Positions 55,357 through 64,000 of a stretch of 64,000 bases of DNA are shown here, one piece after another. Made by a program: the position numbers and the translations under genes. The notes under the pieces were generated by a model. It was not told the DNA's origin. It saw only the letters and a program-made list of their open reading frames with translations, and did not search any database. The stretch is from assembly GCA_964454135.1 (NCBI GenBank), contig CAYVQL010000001.1, positions 84,977 through 148,976 on the forward strand, written 5' to 3'. Position 1 is the stretch's first letter. Every line of letters starts with the position of its first letter. The stretch is from an uncultured Enterobacterales bacterium. Its GTDB lineage: Bacteria > Myxococcota_A > UBA796 > JAFGLY01.

Positions 55357-57006
55357 ATGTCCGTACGCAAGCCCCTGGTCGTCTTCGGCATGCTGGGCAC
55401 GCGCCTGGATCAGGGGCGACGGGCGCGCCGCTGGACCAAGTGGCGTCCCACCGTCTGCGCCGTGCAGCAGCCCGAGCTGCCCGTGGCGCGCTTCGAGCTG
55501 CTCTTTCCGCCCGACCACCAGGGCCTGGCCAAGGGCGTGGCCGACGACATGCTGCAGCTGCGCCCCCATATGGAGCTGCAGCTGCATCCCTTCCCGCTGC
55601 GGGATCCCTGGGACTTCGAGGAGGTCTTCGGCGCGCTGCTGGACTTCGCCCAGGCCACGGACTTCCAGCCCGAGCGCGAGGACTACCTGCTGCACATCAC
55701 CACGGGGACCCACGTCTTTCAGATCTGCTGCTTCCTGCTGGCCGAGTCGGGGCATTTCCCGGCCCGCTTGCTGCAGACCGAGCCCCTGCGCCCCCCACGC
55801 GGGCCCGATGGCAAGCGCCAACCCGATCCCGGCCGCGCGCGCGTGATCGACCTGGATCTTTCGCGCTACGACGCCATCGCCGCCCGCTTCTCCGAGCAGC
55901 GGCGCGACGCCCTGTCCTTCCTCAAGGCCGGCATCGACACCCAGAACAAGGCCTTCAACGCGCTCATCGAGCGCATCGAGCGCGTGGCGCGCGCCTCGCG
56001 CGATCCCATCCTGCTGATGGGCCCCACCGGGGCGGGCAAGACGCGCCTGGCCAGCCGCATCGCCGAGCTGAAGCTGCGCCTGCAGCAAGGGGCCAGCGGC
56101 CAGTTCGTGCAGGTCAACTGCGCCACGCTGCGGGGCGACGCCGCCATGTCGGCCCTGTTCGGCCATGTGCGCGGCGCCTTCACGGGCGCGCTGCAGGAGC
56201 GAGCCGGCCTGCTGCGCAGCGCCGACGGCGGCGTGCTCTTCCTGGACGAGATCGCCGAGCTGGGGCCGGACGAGCAGGCCATGCTGCTGCGGGCCATCGA
56301 GAGCGGGCGCTTCACGCCCCTGGGCAGCGACCGCGAGGTGCGCAGCCGTTTTCAGCTGATCGCTGGCACCAACCGCGACTTGCAGCGCGCCGTGGCCGAG
56401 GGGCGCTTCCGCGACGACCTGCTGGCGCGGCTGGACCTGTGGACCTTTCACCTGCCCGGCCTGCGGCAGCGGCCCGAGGACATCCCCCCAAACCTGGACT
56501 ACGAGCTGAACCGCATCACGCGCGAGACGGGCCGGCGCGTGACCATGAACGCCGAGGCCCGGGCGCGCTTTCTGGAATTCGCCTGCTCCGCCCAGGCCAG
56601 CTGGAGCCGCAACTTCCGCGACCTGAACGGCGCCATGCGCCGCATGGCCACCCTGGCCGAGGGCGGACGCATCGACCAGGGACAGGTGGAGGAGGAGATG
56701 GCGCGGCTGCTGCGCGCTTGGACGGTGCCCGGCGCCAGCGCGCAGCCGGATGTCCTGCGCCGGCTGCTGGGCGCGGAGCGCCTGGCGCAGCTTGACCGCG
56801 TCGAGCAGGTGCAGCTGGCCGAGGTGGTGGCCGTCTGCGGCCGCAGCGCGAGCCTGGCGGCCGCCGGACGAGCCCTCTTCGCCGCCTCGCGCCAGCAGCG
56901 CCGCAGCGTCAATGACGGCGATCGCCTGCGCAAGTACCTGGCGCGCTACGGGCTGAGCTGGGCTGGGCTCAATCCGGAGGCTCCCTCAGCGCCGACGTCA
57001 CCGTGA
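55357..57006 (+). CDS. rtcR: RtcR-family sigma-54-dependent transcriptional activator (N-terminal CARF-like sensor domain, AAA+ sigma-54 interaction domain, C-terminal HTH).
   Basis: N-terminus VVFGMLGTRLDQGRRARRWTKWRPTV (RtcR/CARF-type). Walker A GPTGAGKT. Sigma-54 contact motif GAFTGA. Walker B LFLDEI. C-terminal DRLRKYLARYGLSW. Confidence 0.85.
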   Translation: MSVRKPLVVFGMLGTRLDQGRRARRWTKWRPTVCAVQQPELPVARFELLFPPDHQGLAKGVADDMLQLRPHMELQLHPFPLRDPWDFEEVFGALLDFAQATDFQPEREDYLLHITTGTHVFQICCFLLAESGHFPARLLQTEPLRPPRGPDGKRQPDPGRARVIDLDLSRYDAIAARFSEQRRDALSFLKAGIDTQNKAFNALIERIERVARASRDPILLMGPTGAGKTRLASRIAELKLRLQQGASGQFVQVNCATLRGDAAMSALFGHVRGAFTGALQERAGLLRSADGGVLFLDEIAELGPDEQAMLLRAIESGRFTPLGSDREVRSRFQLIAGTNRDLQRAVAEGRFRDDLLARLDLWTFHLPGLRQRPEDIPPNLDYELNRITRETGRRVTMNAEARARFLEFACSAQASWSRNFRDLNGAMRRMATLAEGGRIDQGQVEEEMARLLRAWTVPGASAQPDVLRRLLGAERLAQLDRVEQVQLAEVVAVCGRSASLAAAGRALFAASRQQRRSVNDGDRLRKYLARYGLSWAGLNPEAPSAPTSP

Positions 57007-57403
57007 AGCTGCCGCTGCCCGTGGCCACCAGCCGGCCACGCTCGTTCCGCACCTCCATCTCGGCCGTGCTCAGGCGCCTGCCCAGGTTCACCAGCCTGCC
57101 GCGCGCCACCAGCTCCTGCTTTGCGACCGGGCGGTGCAGGCGCACGTGGAACTCCACGGTGGCGATCCAGGTCTCGAAGTAGGGTGCCACGGTGAACCAG
57201 CCGGCGTTGTCCAGCATGGTGGCGATGGCGCCGCCGTGGGTCTGGCCCAGGGCGTGGTCCAGGGCCGGGTTGTAGGGCATGCGGAAGACGGCCTGCGCGC
57301 CCTCGTAGGAGAGGCGCATGCCGAAGTGGCGGCCGATGGGGGCGTGTTGGTTGAAGAGCTCCAGCAGCTCTGCCCGGCGCGCGGCGTGATCCCTCGCAGT
57401 CAT
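56969..57403 (-). CDS. PaaI-family hotdog-fold thioesterase.
   Basis: GQTHGGAIATMLDNAGW motif. AGGAGAG RBS. Confidence 0.75.
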   Translation of the reverse strand: MTARDHAARRAELLELFNQHAPIGRHFGMRLSYEGAQAVFRMPYNPALDHALGQTHGGAIATMLDNAGWFTVAPYFETWIATVEFHVRLHRPVAKQELVARGRLVNLGRRLSTAEMEVRNERGRLVATGSGSFTVTSALREPPD

Positions 57404-57427
57404 GGACTCTCCTGGCTCTGCAGCAGC

Positions 57428-58288
57428 CTACCAGGCCGCGCTCAGGCCCATCATGGGGGTGCCGTCCGTCGAGACCGCGCTGCTGACGACCAGGCGCTCG
57501 CTGCGGTGCAGCTCGGGCACCAGGATGCCCACGCCGGCCCCCAGCAGGCCGCCCACCATGACGTCCGTGGGGAAGTGCTTGTGGGCTCGCACCCGCAGGG
57601 CGCCGGTCCAGACGGTGATGCCCGCCGCTCCCAGGTAGGGCAGCGCCTCCAGCTGCCAGGCCCAGTCCTGGGTGATGCCCAGCGTATGGGCCAGGGCGAA
57701 GGACCAGGCGCCGGCGGTGGAGGTGTGGCCCGAGGGGAAGGAGAGCTGGGCTTCGCAGTCCACGGGTTGGTCGTTGGCGACGGCTTCGTCGTAGGCGGCG
57801 CGCCACTCCTCACTGTAGGCGAAGGGCCGCGGGCGGCGCACGGCGTGCTTGACGAGGTGGGTGATGTTCTGGCTGATGGTGATGGCCTCCAGGCCCACCA
57901 CGGCGTAGGTGCCGGAGCGGGCCAGCCGGGCCCGGCCGCTGTCCGCAGTCCGCAGCAGGCCGTAGGCGCCCAGCACCAGGGGCAGGGCGTAGCTGGGGTA
58001 GATGCCCGTGATGTCCGAGAGCAGATCCGGCCCTTCGCCGTCGATCTCGGACAGCCCGGCGTAGCGCGCGTCCAGCCCCAGCTCGGGCTCTCCCGGGGGG
58101 TTCTGCTCCACCCAGGGCGACTCGCCGCCGAACATGGTGGCGAAAGTGTAGGCGCCGGAAAACAGCGCCACCGGGGCGTCCGTCCAAGGATTCAGGCGCA
58201 GGTCGGGCTCGGGCTCGCTCGCGGGCTCGGCCGCCATGGCCAGGGCAGGACAGAGCAGGAGGGCGAGTGAAAGAAGGAGAAGAGGCAT
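57428..58288 (-). CDS. Secreted PAP2-superfamily phosphatase.
   Basis: Signal peptide MPLLLLSLALLLCPALAMA. PAP2 motifs KHAVRRPRP, PSGH, SRVRAHKHFPTD. Confidence 0.8.
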   Translation of the reverse strand: MPLLLLSLALLLCPALAMAAEPASEPEPDLRLNPWTDAPVALFSGAYTFATMFGGESPWVEQNPPGEPELGLDARYAGLSEIDGEGPDLLSDITGIYPSYALPLVLGAYGLLRTADSGRARLARSGTYAVVGLEAITISQNITHLVKHAVRRPRPFAYSEEWRAAYDEAVANDQPVDCEAQLSFPSGHTSTAGAWSFALAHTLGITQDWAWQLEALPYLGAAGITVWTGALRVRAHKHFPTDVMVGGLLGAGVGILVPELHRSERLVVSSAVSTDGTPMMGLSAAW

Positions 58289-58429
58289 GGCACACCTTGG
58301 AGGGGCGTCGAGCCGCGCCGCCATGGACACCGGCGGCTCGAGCGACACCAACGTAGCGCGGCCGTCCAGCCGAATCCCGGGGTCTGCTACACTCGTTCTC
58401 CCCTCCTGGCCCATCCCGAGGTCAACGCC

Positions 58430-59878
58430 ATGCTCGCCCTGTCCGCCCTGCTCGCGCTCTCCCTCGTCCCCGACGCCGCGGCCCTGGAGGACGAGTCGCT
58501 GCGGGCCCGCAGCTCTTTCGGCTTGTTCCGCGATCCCTACGACTATTTCGCCCAATCCGCCTGGCTGGTGCGCCAGCCCGGGCGTCACCTGTACACCGTG
58601 CTGGCCGAGCCCGGCGAGCAGGGCTGGCTGGGCGGCGGCTACCTGGGCCCGGTGGGCTTCGGCGTGCTGGCGACCCGCGTGGGCGGCGCGCTGAGCAGCC
58701 AGCGCGTGATCGACAGCCAGGTGGCGCCCAAGCGCGAGTCCTTCACCGAGAGCTATCTGGAGCACCGCCAGCTGCAGGCCTCCCTGGGGTGGGGCATCCC
58801 GGTCAACGAGCGCCTGGCCGTGGGCGTCGGCCTGGACGCCGCCTTCCTGCGGGAGCGCTACTCCCTGGCCGCCGATGCCGAGTCCGGCGTGAGCCTGCTG
58901 GGCGACACCCACGAGAGCCTGGAGGAGGGCGTGCAGGTGGCGCTTGATGGGGGCTCGGCCACGTTGGACATGCGGCGCATCGGCGGGTCGGTGGGCCTGG
59001 CCCTGGGCAGCCCCGAGGAAGGGGGCGTGGAGATCGGCGTCACGCTGGCGCAGCGCAGCGCGGTCCCCACCGCAGAAGCCGGGGTCGCGGACCAGGACGA
59101 GGAGAGCGGCGAGTTCACGAACTCCTACGCCTACGAGGGCTACTACCCGGATGCGGGCCTACAGGTGAACCATGTCATCTGGCTGCCCGGTCTGCGGGCG
59201 GACGGCTTGGTCCCGGTGGGCGAGCGGGCGGGCTTGAGGCTGATGGCCGAAGCCCAGGGAGGCAAGGGCCGACCGGCGCTCTACTCGGCCACCGAGGCCT
59301 TCCTGCAGGACGGCGCCTGGCTGGTGCGCGAGGAGCGCATCGAGAACCCCTGGCTGGGCGTGCTGGACATGAACCTCCTCGTGGCGCTGCAGCTGCAGCG
59401 CGAGGCGCTGGCCTTGCGCGTAGGCCTGCAGGGGCGGGCCGATCTGACCACCTGGTGGCTGGACAGGATCGTCTACGAAGACGAGGAGCTGCAGCAGAAC
59501 GACAGCTACCAACAGCTGCAGGCCGACGATCGCTGGAGCATGAGCCTGCCCCTGGTACTGGAGAGCGCGCTGACCGAGCGCTGGACCCTGCGCTGCGGCG
59601 CCCGCTTCACCTTTCTCTACGACTACTGGGAGGATCGTGACGGCAGCGCCGAGGGCGACGTCATCGTCGAGCAGAGCGCCACCAGCTCCTACGCCGACCT
59701 GGCCCTGGGCCTGCGCTTCCAGCCCCACGAGGCGGTCACCCTGGAGACGGCCTTTGCCGGGCGCGGATCGGCCTGCGATCCGGACGCCGAGAACCTGCAG
59801 CTGGGAGAGATCTGCCAGGGCCAAGCCCTGCAGCTGGATCTCTCCAGCGTCTCCATCAGCGCCGTCTTCCACCTCTGA
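58430..59878 (+). CDS. Secreted protein, probably an outer-membrane beta-barrel.
   Basis: Signal peptide. Alternating amphipathic beta-strand pattern. C-terminal ...SISAVFHL. Confidence 0.5.
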   Translation: MLALSALLALSLVPDAAALEDESLRARSSFGLFRDPYDYFAQSAWLVRQPGRHLYTVLAEPGEQGWLGGGYLGPVGFGVLATRVGGALSSQRVIDSQVAPKRESFTESYLEHRQLQASLGWGIPVNERLAVGVGLDAAFLRERYSLAADAESGVSLLGDTHESLEEGVQVALDGGSATLDMRRIGGSVGLALGSPEEGGVEIGVTLAQRSAVPTAEAGVADQDEESGEFTNSYAYEGYYPDAGLQVNHVIWLPGLRADGLVPVGERAGLRLMAEAQGGKGRPALYSATEAFLQDGAWLVREERIENPWLGVLDMNLLVALQLQREALALRVGLQGRADLTTWWLDRIVYEDEELQQNDSYQQLQADDRWSMSLPLVLESALTERWTLRCGARFTFLYDYWEDRDGSAEGDVIVEQSATSSYADLALGLRFQPHEAVTLETAFAGRGSACDPDAENLQLGEICQGQALQLDLSSVSISAVFHL

Positions 59879-59898
59879 TCCTCCCCGGGGAGCGGATC

Positions 59899-62800
59899 AT
59901 GCCTGCCCTCGCCGCCTTCATCGCGTCCAGCCTGGCCTTTCTGGCCGGCAGCGCCCACGCCCAGGACGCCGACCCCTTCGTCTGTGGCCAGGTCAGCGGC
60001 ATGCAGACGGAGCTGGATGAGGGCTTCGAGTACCGCATCTCGGCCTTCCTCTGGTACGAGCCGGCCGGCGCCTCCACCCGCGTGGAGCTGGCCACCCTGG
60101 ACGCCGAGCAGGGCCTGGCTCTCAACCCCACGGCCTGGGGCGAGCTGCTGGACGGGGATTTCGGCCTGCAAGGCGACCAGGGCCTGGACTACGACCCCGA
60201 GCATGAGGGCCCGCTCTTCGTGGCCACGCTGCCGGCCCCGGCCCACGACCTGCGGCTGGAGACCGATCGCGGCGAGCTGACCGTCCGCCTGCCCGACACC
60301 CGCGACCTGCGCTTCGGCGCGGCCTTCGCGGTGGCCGACGACGGCGCCACCTACTGGGCGGAGCAGGACCACGACGGCCTGTCCGTCGAGGACCGCCTGG
60401 ACTGGGACGACGCCCTGGCGGACGAGCACCTGGCGCGCGCCGCCCATGAGGCAGCCGGCGACCCGGGCGCCCCCGACGACGCTCAGCCCCTGGAGCTGGC
60501 GGCCGCCAAGCGCTCCACCTGGGCCTACGCCGCCGATCCCGCGGGCGCCTCTCTGCGCCTGGGCAAGCCCGACGGCAGCTCCATCGAGCCCGAGGAGGTG
60601 CCCGCGCTCTTCGGCACGTACTTCGACGTGCTGGACGAGGGCGTGTCCGTGGGCTCATCCCGCTGGCAGGGCGCCACGGGGCGCGCCTTCCCCTTGTCTG
60701 CGCAGTTCCAGGATCTGTCGGACTGCAGCGGCTGGCCCGAGGTGGAGGTCAAGCCCGGCGTGCTGGCGGTGGATCCGCGCTACGGGCGCTTCGCCTTCTC
60801 CCAGGGGCGGCCCGAGCAGGATCCCGAGCTGGCAGGTCACTTCCACCAGCACTGGAACGCCCCCAACTCGCTGCAGGTCTACGGCGATCGCGCCTGGTTC
60901 ACCCTCGGCGAGAGCGACGCCTCTTTCGTGATGGTCGACATCTCCGACCCCGCGGCGCCCCAGCTGGCGGGCATGGCCGACGCCGGCTGGGCCTACGGAT
61001 CCGTGCTGGCGGAGGGCTGCGCCCATGTCTGGGGCAAGAGCGGCATCGTCAGCTTCGACATCAGCGACGAGTCCGCCCCGCGCGCCACCCAGTGGCTGGA
61101 GCACGACTGGGGCGTGCCCGGCGCCGTCTGGCAGGACGGCGAGCTGCTGGTGGCCAGCTACGCCGAGGGCCTGGTGGTCTTCGACATCACCAACCCCGCC
61201 CATCCGCGGGTGCTGGACGATGCGCGCCTGCGCATCAACGACGAGCTGCAGGCCTGGAGCAACACGACCTGTTGGCCCGTCTCCACCAACCTGGCCATCG
61301 CGCCCGTCTCCGAGCCCGAGAAGGAGCACAGCCACGAGGCGCTGCGCCTGTACGACATCAGCGATCCCTTCAGTCCCCAGCTGCTCTCCACCATCCACTA
61401 CGCCGACAAAGAGGTGGAGCTGGGGCCCGTCTGGGTGGATCGCACCGAGAACGCCATGTTCCTGGGCACGGTGGGCGACGGGCTCAAGCTGGTGGATCTG
61501 AGAGATCCTACCGAGCCCCTGGTGGAGACGCTGCGGCGCGAGTACGACGTGGACAGCGAGGACGAGATCCAGTGGGTCGACCGCAGCACGGGCCTGGGCG
61601 AGGTGGGCGGCGTGCTCTACGAGTCGGGCAGCTACGGCTGGCTGGATGCGAACCGCGTGCCCCCCTGGGACGGGCGCAGCATCTCCTACCTGCGGGCTTG
61701 GGACATCAGCGATCCCCTCAACCCGGAGCTCTTGCAGGTCAGCACCGACGCCTCCACGGTGGGCTGGCTGGGCTCGCTGGCCGAGGCCGATGAATTCGCC
61801 GTCGCCGCGGAGTCGGGCTACGGCCTGCGCCTGCTGGATCCGGCCGCCGAGGATCCCTTCGACTACATGGGCGGCTACCTGGCGGCGGGCCAGACCACCG
61901 ACGTGGAGGTGGCTGGGGACATCGCCCACATCAGCGGCTACCTGGGGGGCGGCATCACCGCCGTGGACATCTCGGATCCCAGCCAGCCCGTGCAGGTGGG
62001 CTACGCCCACCACGGGCTCGACACCTACGGCATCGCCCTGAAGAGCACGGGGGAGGGCAGCTGGGTCTACGCCTCGGGCAAGTCCAGGTTGCCCTGGTTC
62101 GAGGGCGAGAGGTGGCGCTACACCGAGGTCACGGTCCACGACTTCGCCGATCCCGGCGCGCCGGTGGAGCTGGGTCAGGGCACGGGTGACTTCCACCTCG
62201 TGGCGGACAGCTCCGGCGATCTGCTGTGGGCCGACTGCAACCTGTGGGACATCTCGGATCCGGCGGATCCCATCCAGCTCAATGAGAAATGTGTCCTGGG
62301 AGGCCAGGCTGCGGCCTTCATGGACGGCGTGCTGGTCTATGGCGGCGGTGGCACCGAGCTGTCTGGCGGCTACCTGGACGAGGGCAAGGCCATCCGGGCC
62401 TTGGTGATCTACGACGTGGGCATCCCGGCGGCCTCGCTGCTGCTCTCGCTGCAGGAGGTGCCCGACTCCGTGGGCGGCGTGCTCTCCACCAACGTCGCCC
62501 TCCGCGGCGAGAAGGCCTACTTCGTCAACGGCGTGGGCGTGGTCGAAGCGGACGTGAGCGATCCCCGTGAGCCGGTCCGGACCGACTACCTGGTCATCGA
62601 CTCCTGCCCCGAGGGCGACCCCGAGTCCCTGGACGTGGCGGGCGATCATCTCTACGTGCAGTGCCAGCATTGGACCGTGCTGGTCTACGACATCAGCCAG
62701 GGCCTGGCCGAGGCCGTGGAGCTGGGCGCCCTGGAGAGCCATGTCGGGGAGATCACCAAGCTGAGCGGCTACCAGCTGCTCTCGGCCACCGCCAACGGAC

Positions 62801-63414
62801 TCTATCTCTACGACGTGCCCCGCTCACCGGACGAGCCCGTGGGACCCGTGACCGTCAGCTACTACGAGGCCGACGCCCCGGCCGGCGATCCGGCCGAGTG
62901 CGGCTCCCAGGGCGTGACGGGCTGTAGTTGCGCAGCCGGGCCGCGCGCGCCAAGGGCCTTGGGGCTGGCGCTGCTGGGCCTGGCAGCCCTGGCCGTCGGA
63001 CGGCGCGGGCGCGGCGGGGTGGCGCTGCTGAGCCTGGCGCTCCTGGCGCTGCCCGGCACGGCCTGGGCCAATAGCTTCGCGGGGCTGGGGGTCTTCATCG
63101 CCGGGGTGGGGGTGGCCGCGCCAGCGGCCGTGCTGCTGCTGCTGCTCTCCATCGTCTCCGCGGTCTTCCGCCTGCGCTCCCGGCCCAGCCGCGGGCGCGT
63201 CATCTACGGCAAGGTCACCATGGTGGCCGCGCCCGTCCTGGCGCTGGCCTTTCCCGTGACCGCCATGGTGCTGGAGCTGATGGACGGGCGCCTGGACGGA
63301 GCGGAGCCGGTCCTCTCCTTGCTGGCCGTGATCGGCCTGCCCCTGTTCTTGCTGGGGGCGGCCTGCTTTGGGCTGGCCCAGTCGGTGGTGCGGCGTTGCG
63401 GGGTGCAAGCGTGA
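59899..63414 (+). CDS. Secreted LVIVD-repeat beta-propeller protein carrying a MYXO-CTERM-type motif that is followed in-frame by a roughly 130-aa hydrophobic extension.
   Basis: Signal peptide. Ten or more DISDPxxPxxL LVIVD-type repeats. GCSCAAGPRAPRALGLALLGLAALAVGRRGR at aa 1008-1040. The frame then continues through the VALLSLALLALPGTAWA-like segment plus three TM helices to the stop at 63414. Confidence 0.75.
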   Translation: MPALAAFIASSLAFLAGSAHAQDADPFVCGQVSGMQTELDEGFEYRISAFLWYEPAGASTRVELATLDAEQGLALNPTAWGELLDGDFGLQGDQGLDYDPEHEGPLFVATLPAPAHDLRLETDRGELTVRLPDTRDLRFGAAFAVADDGATYWAEQDHDGLSVEDRLDWDDALADEHLARAAHEAAGDPGAPDDAQPLELAAAKRSTWAYAADPAGASLRLGKPDGSSIEPEEVPALFGTYFDVLDEGVSVGSSRWQGATGRAFPLSAQFQDLSDCSGWPEVEVKPGVLAVDPRYGRFAFSQGRPEQDPELAGHFHQHWNAPNSLQVYGDRAWFTLGESDASFVMVDISDPAAPQLAGMADAGWAYGSVLAEGCAHVWGKSGIVSFDISDESAPRATQWLEHDWGVPGAVWQDGELLVASYAEGLVVFDITNPAHPRVLDDARLRINDELQAWSNTTCWPVSTNLAIAPVSEPEKEHSHEALRLYDISDPFSPQLLSTIHYADKEVELGPVWVDRTENAMFLGTVGDGLKLVDLRDPTEPLVETLRREYDVDSEDEIQWVDRSTGLGEVGGVLYESGSYGWLDANRVPPWDGRSISYLRAWDISDPLNPELLQVSTDASTVGWLGSLAEADEFAVAAESGYGLRLLDPAAEDPFDYMGGYLAAGQTTDVEVAGDIAHISGYLGGGITAVDISDPSQPVQVGYAHHGLDTYGIALKSTGEGSWVYASGKSRLPWFEGERWRYTEVTVHDFADPGAPVELGQGTGDFHLVADSSGDLLWADCNLWDISDPADPIQLNEKCVLGGQAAAFMDGVLVYGGGGTELSGGYLDEGKAIRALVIYDVGIPAASLLLSLQEVPDSVGGVLSTNVALRGEKAYFVNGVGVVEADVSDPREPVRTDYLVIDSCPEGDPESLDVAGDHLYVQCQHWTVLVYDISQGLAEAVELGALESHVGEITKLSGYQLLSATANGLYLYDVPRSPDEPVGPVTVSYYEADAPAGDPAECGSQGVTGCSCAAGPRAPRALGLALLGLAALAVGRRGRGGVALLSLALLALPGTAWANSFAGLGVFIAGVGVAAPAAVLLLLLSIVSAVFRLRSRPSRGRVIYGKVTMVAAPVLALAFPVTAMVLELMDGRLDGAEPVLSLLAVIGLPLFLLGAACFGLAQSVVRRCGVQA

Positions 63415-63956
63415 GGACTCGCAGCGCCGCCTTGGCGATCCTGCTGGCTGCGGGTTGCGGATCCCGCTGTCAGCGGGAGCCCGCGCGCTGCACCGAGGGC
63501 TGCCCGCAGGGCGCCTATTGCCAGTGCGACGCCCAGGGGCGCGTGGCCGTGGAGAGCTACGACCACGAGGATGATGGCACCGTGGACCTGATCCGCTGGC
63601 GCCGCTACGACGCCCGGGATCGCTGCGTGCGCGTCGACGACGACGAGGACGCCGACGGCCGCGTCGACCTGCGCACGAGCCACAGCTACGACGCGGCAGG
63701 CAGGCTGGTGGCAGAGGAGCGCATCGAGTGGGCGGATGGATCCATCGATGGGCGCAAGCGCTACGAGTATGACGAGGCGGGGAACCTGGTGAAGAAGCTG
63801 GTGGAGGAAGAGGACGCAGGCACTGCGGTGGAGACCCGCTACCACTACGACGAGCAGGGCCGGCGCGTCAGCAGGGAGAGCCATTGCCAAGGAGAATGCG
63901 ATCCTGGCGTGCAGCGCTGTGTGTTCGATCCGCCCTGCCCGCGGCCCCATCCGTGA
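63411..63956 (+). CDS. Lipoprotein with YD-repeat-like motifs.
   Basis: GTG start overlapping the upstream TGA (GTGA). Lipobox ILLAAGC. RYEYDEAGNL and YHYDEQGRRV motifs. Confidence 0.55.
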   Translation: MRTRSAALAILLAAGCGSRCQREPARCTEGCPQGAYCQCDAQGRVAVESYDHEDDGTVDLIRWRRYDARDRCVRVDDDEDADGRVDLRTSHSYDAAGRLVAEERIEWADGSIDGRKRYEYDEAGNLVKKLVEEEDAGTAVETRYHYDEQGRRVSRESHCQGECDPGVQRCVFDPPCPRPHP

Positions 63957-64000
63957 TCGGATAGCGGCTTACAACCTGCAATATCGGCCGCCAGGCGCAG

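Noticed and set aside
1-64000. CRISPR arrays, rRNA, insertion sequences, integrase or phage genes.
   Set aside because: There are no regularly spaced direct repeats with unique spacers, no rRNA-like conserved blocks, and no transposase, integrase or phage structural-protein signatures in any frame.

Overview
The window is a 64 kb segment of a very GC-rich (about 70%) bacterial chromosome that is almost certainly from a myxobacterium (Myxococcota). The lineage call rests on four things visible in the sequence: two proteins ending in a MYXO-CTERM-type Cys-rich tail followed by a hydrophobic segment and an Arg run; a TonB-C-like AgmX/PglI-type C-terminal domain; two Hanks-type Ser/Thr kinases; and a very high density of lipoproteins (LxxC lipoboxes). 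I found no rRNA, no complete tRNA, no CRISPR array, and no transposase, integrase or phage gene. About 45 genes are supported, many of them secreted or lipoprotein hydrolases and repeat proteins. Most of the long ORFs in the six-frame track are antisense or out-of-frame artefacts of the high GC content, with Arg/Pro/Gly-rich translations. In each such case the alternative frame or strand carries a recognisable domain protein. Identified genes include an OmpR-type response regulator with a HAMP histidine kinase, a soluble protein made of two tandem FlhA/SctV (FHIPEP) cytoplasmic domains with no export-gate membrane region, an operon of a PilT-family ATPase, a dual-PilZ protein and a B12-binding radical SAM enzyme divergent from tldD/tldE(pmbA), and an RtcR-type CARF sigma-54 activator. 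The RtcR gene sits divergent from a near-consensus sigma-54 promoter (TGGCACG-N4-TTGCT). That promoter does not drive rtcBA. It drives a roughly 470 nt leader containing a tRNA T-arm-like motif (GGTTCGACTCC in a 5-bp stem), followed by an SPFH/band-7 gene. This is the most system-like and least expected arrangement in the window. Other notable points are a perfect 27-bp AT-rich inverted repeat with shared sequence motifs flanking a DUF3604 gene, a MYXO-CTERM motif that is internal rather than C-terminal, and roughly 160-bp tandem DNA repeats inside a beta-helix gene.
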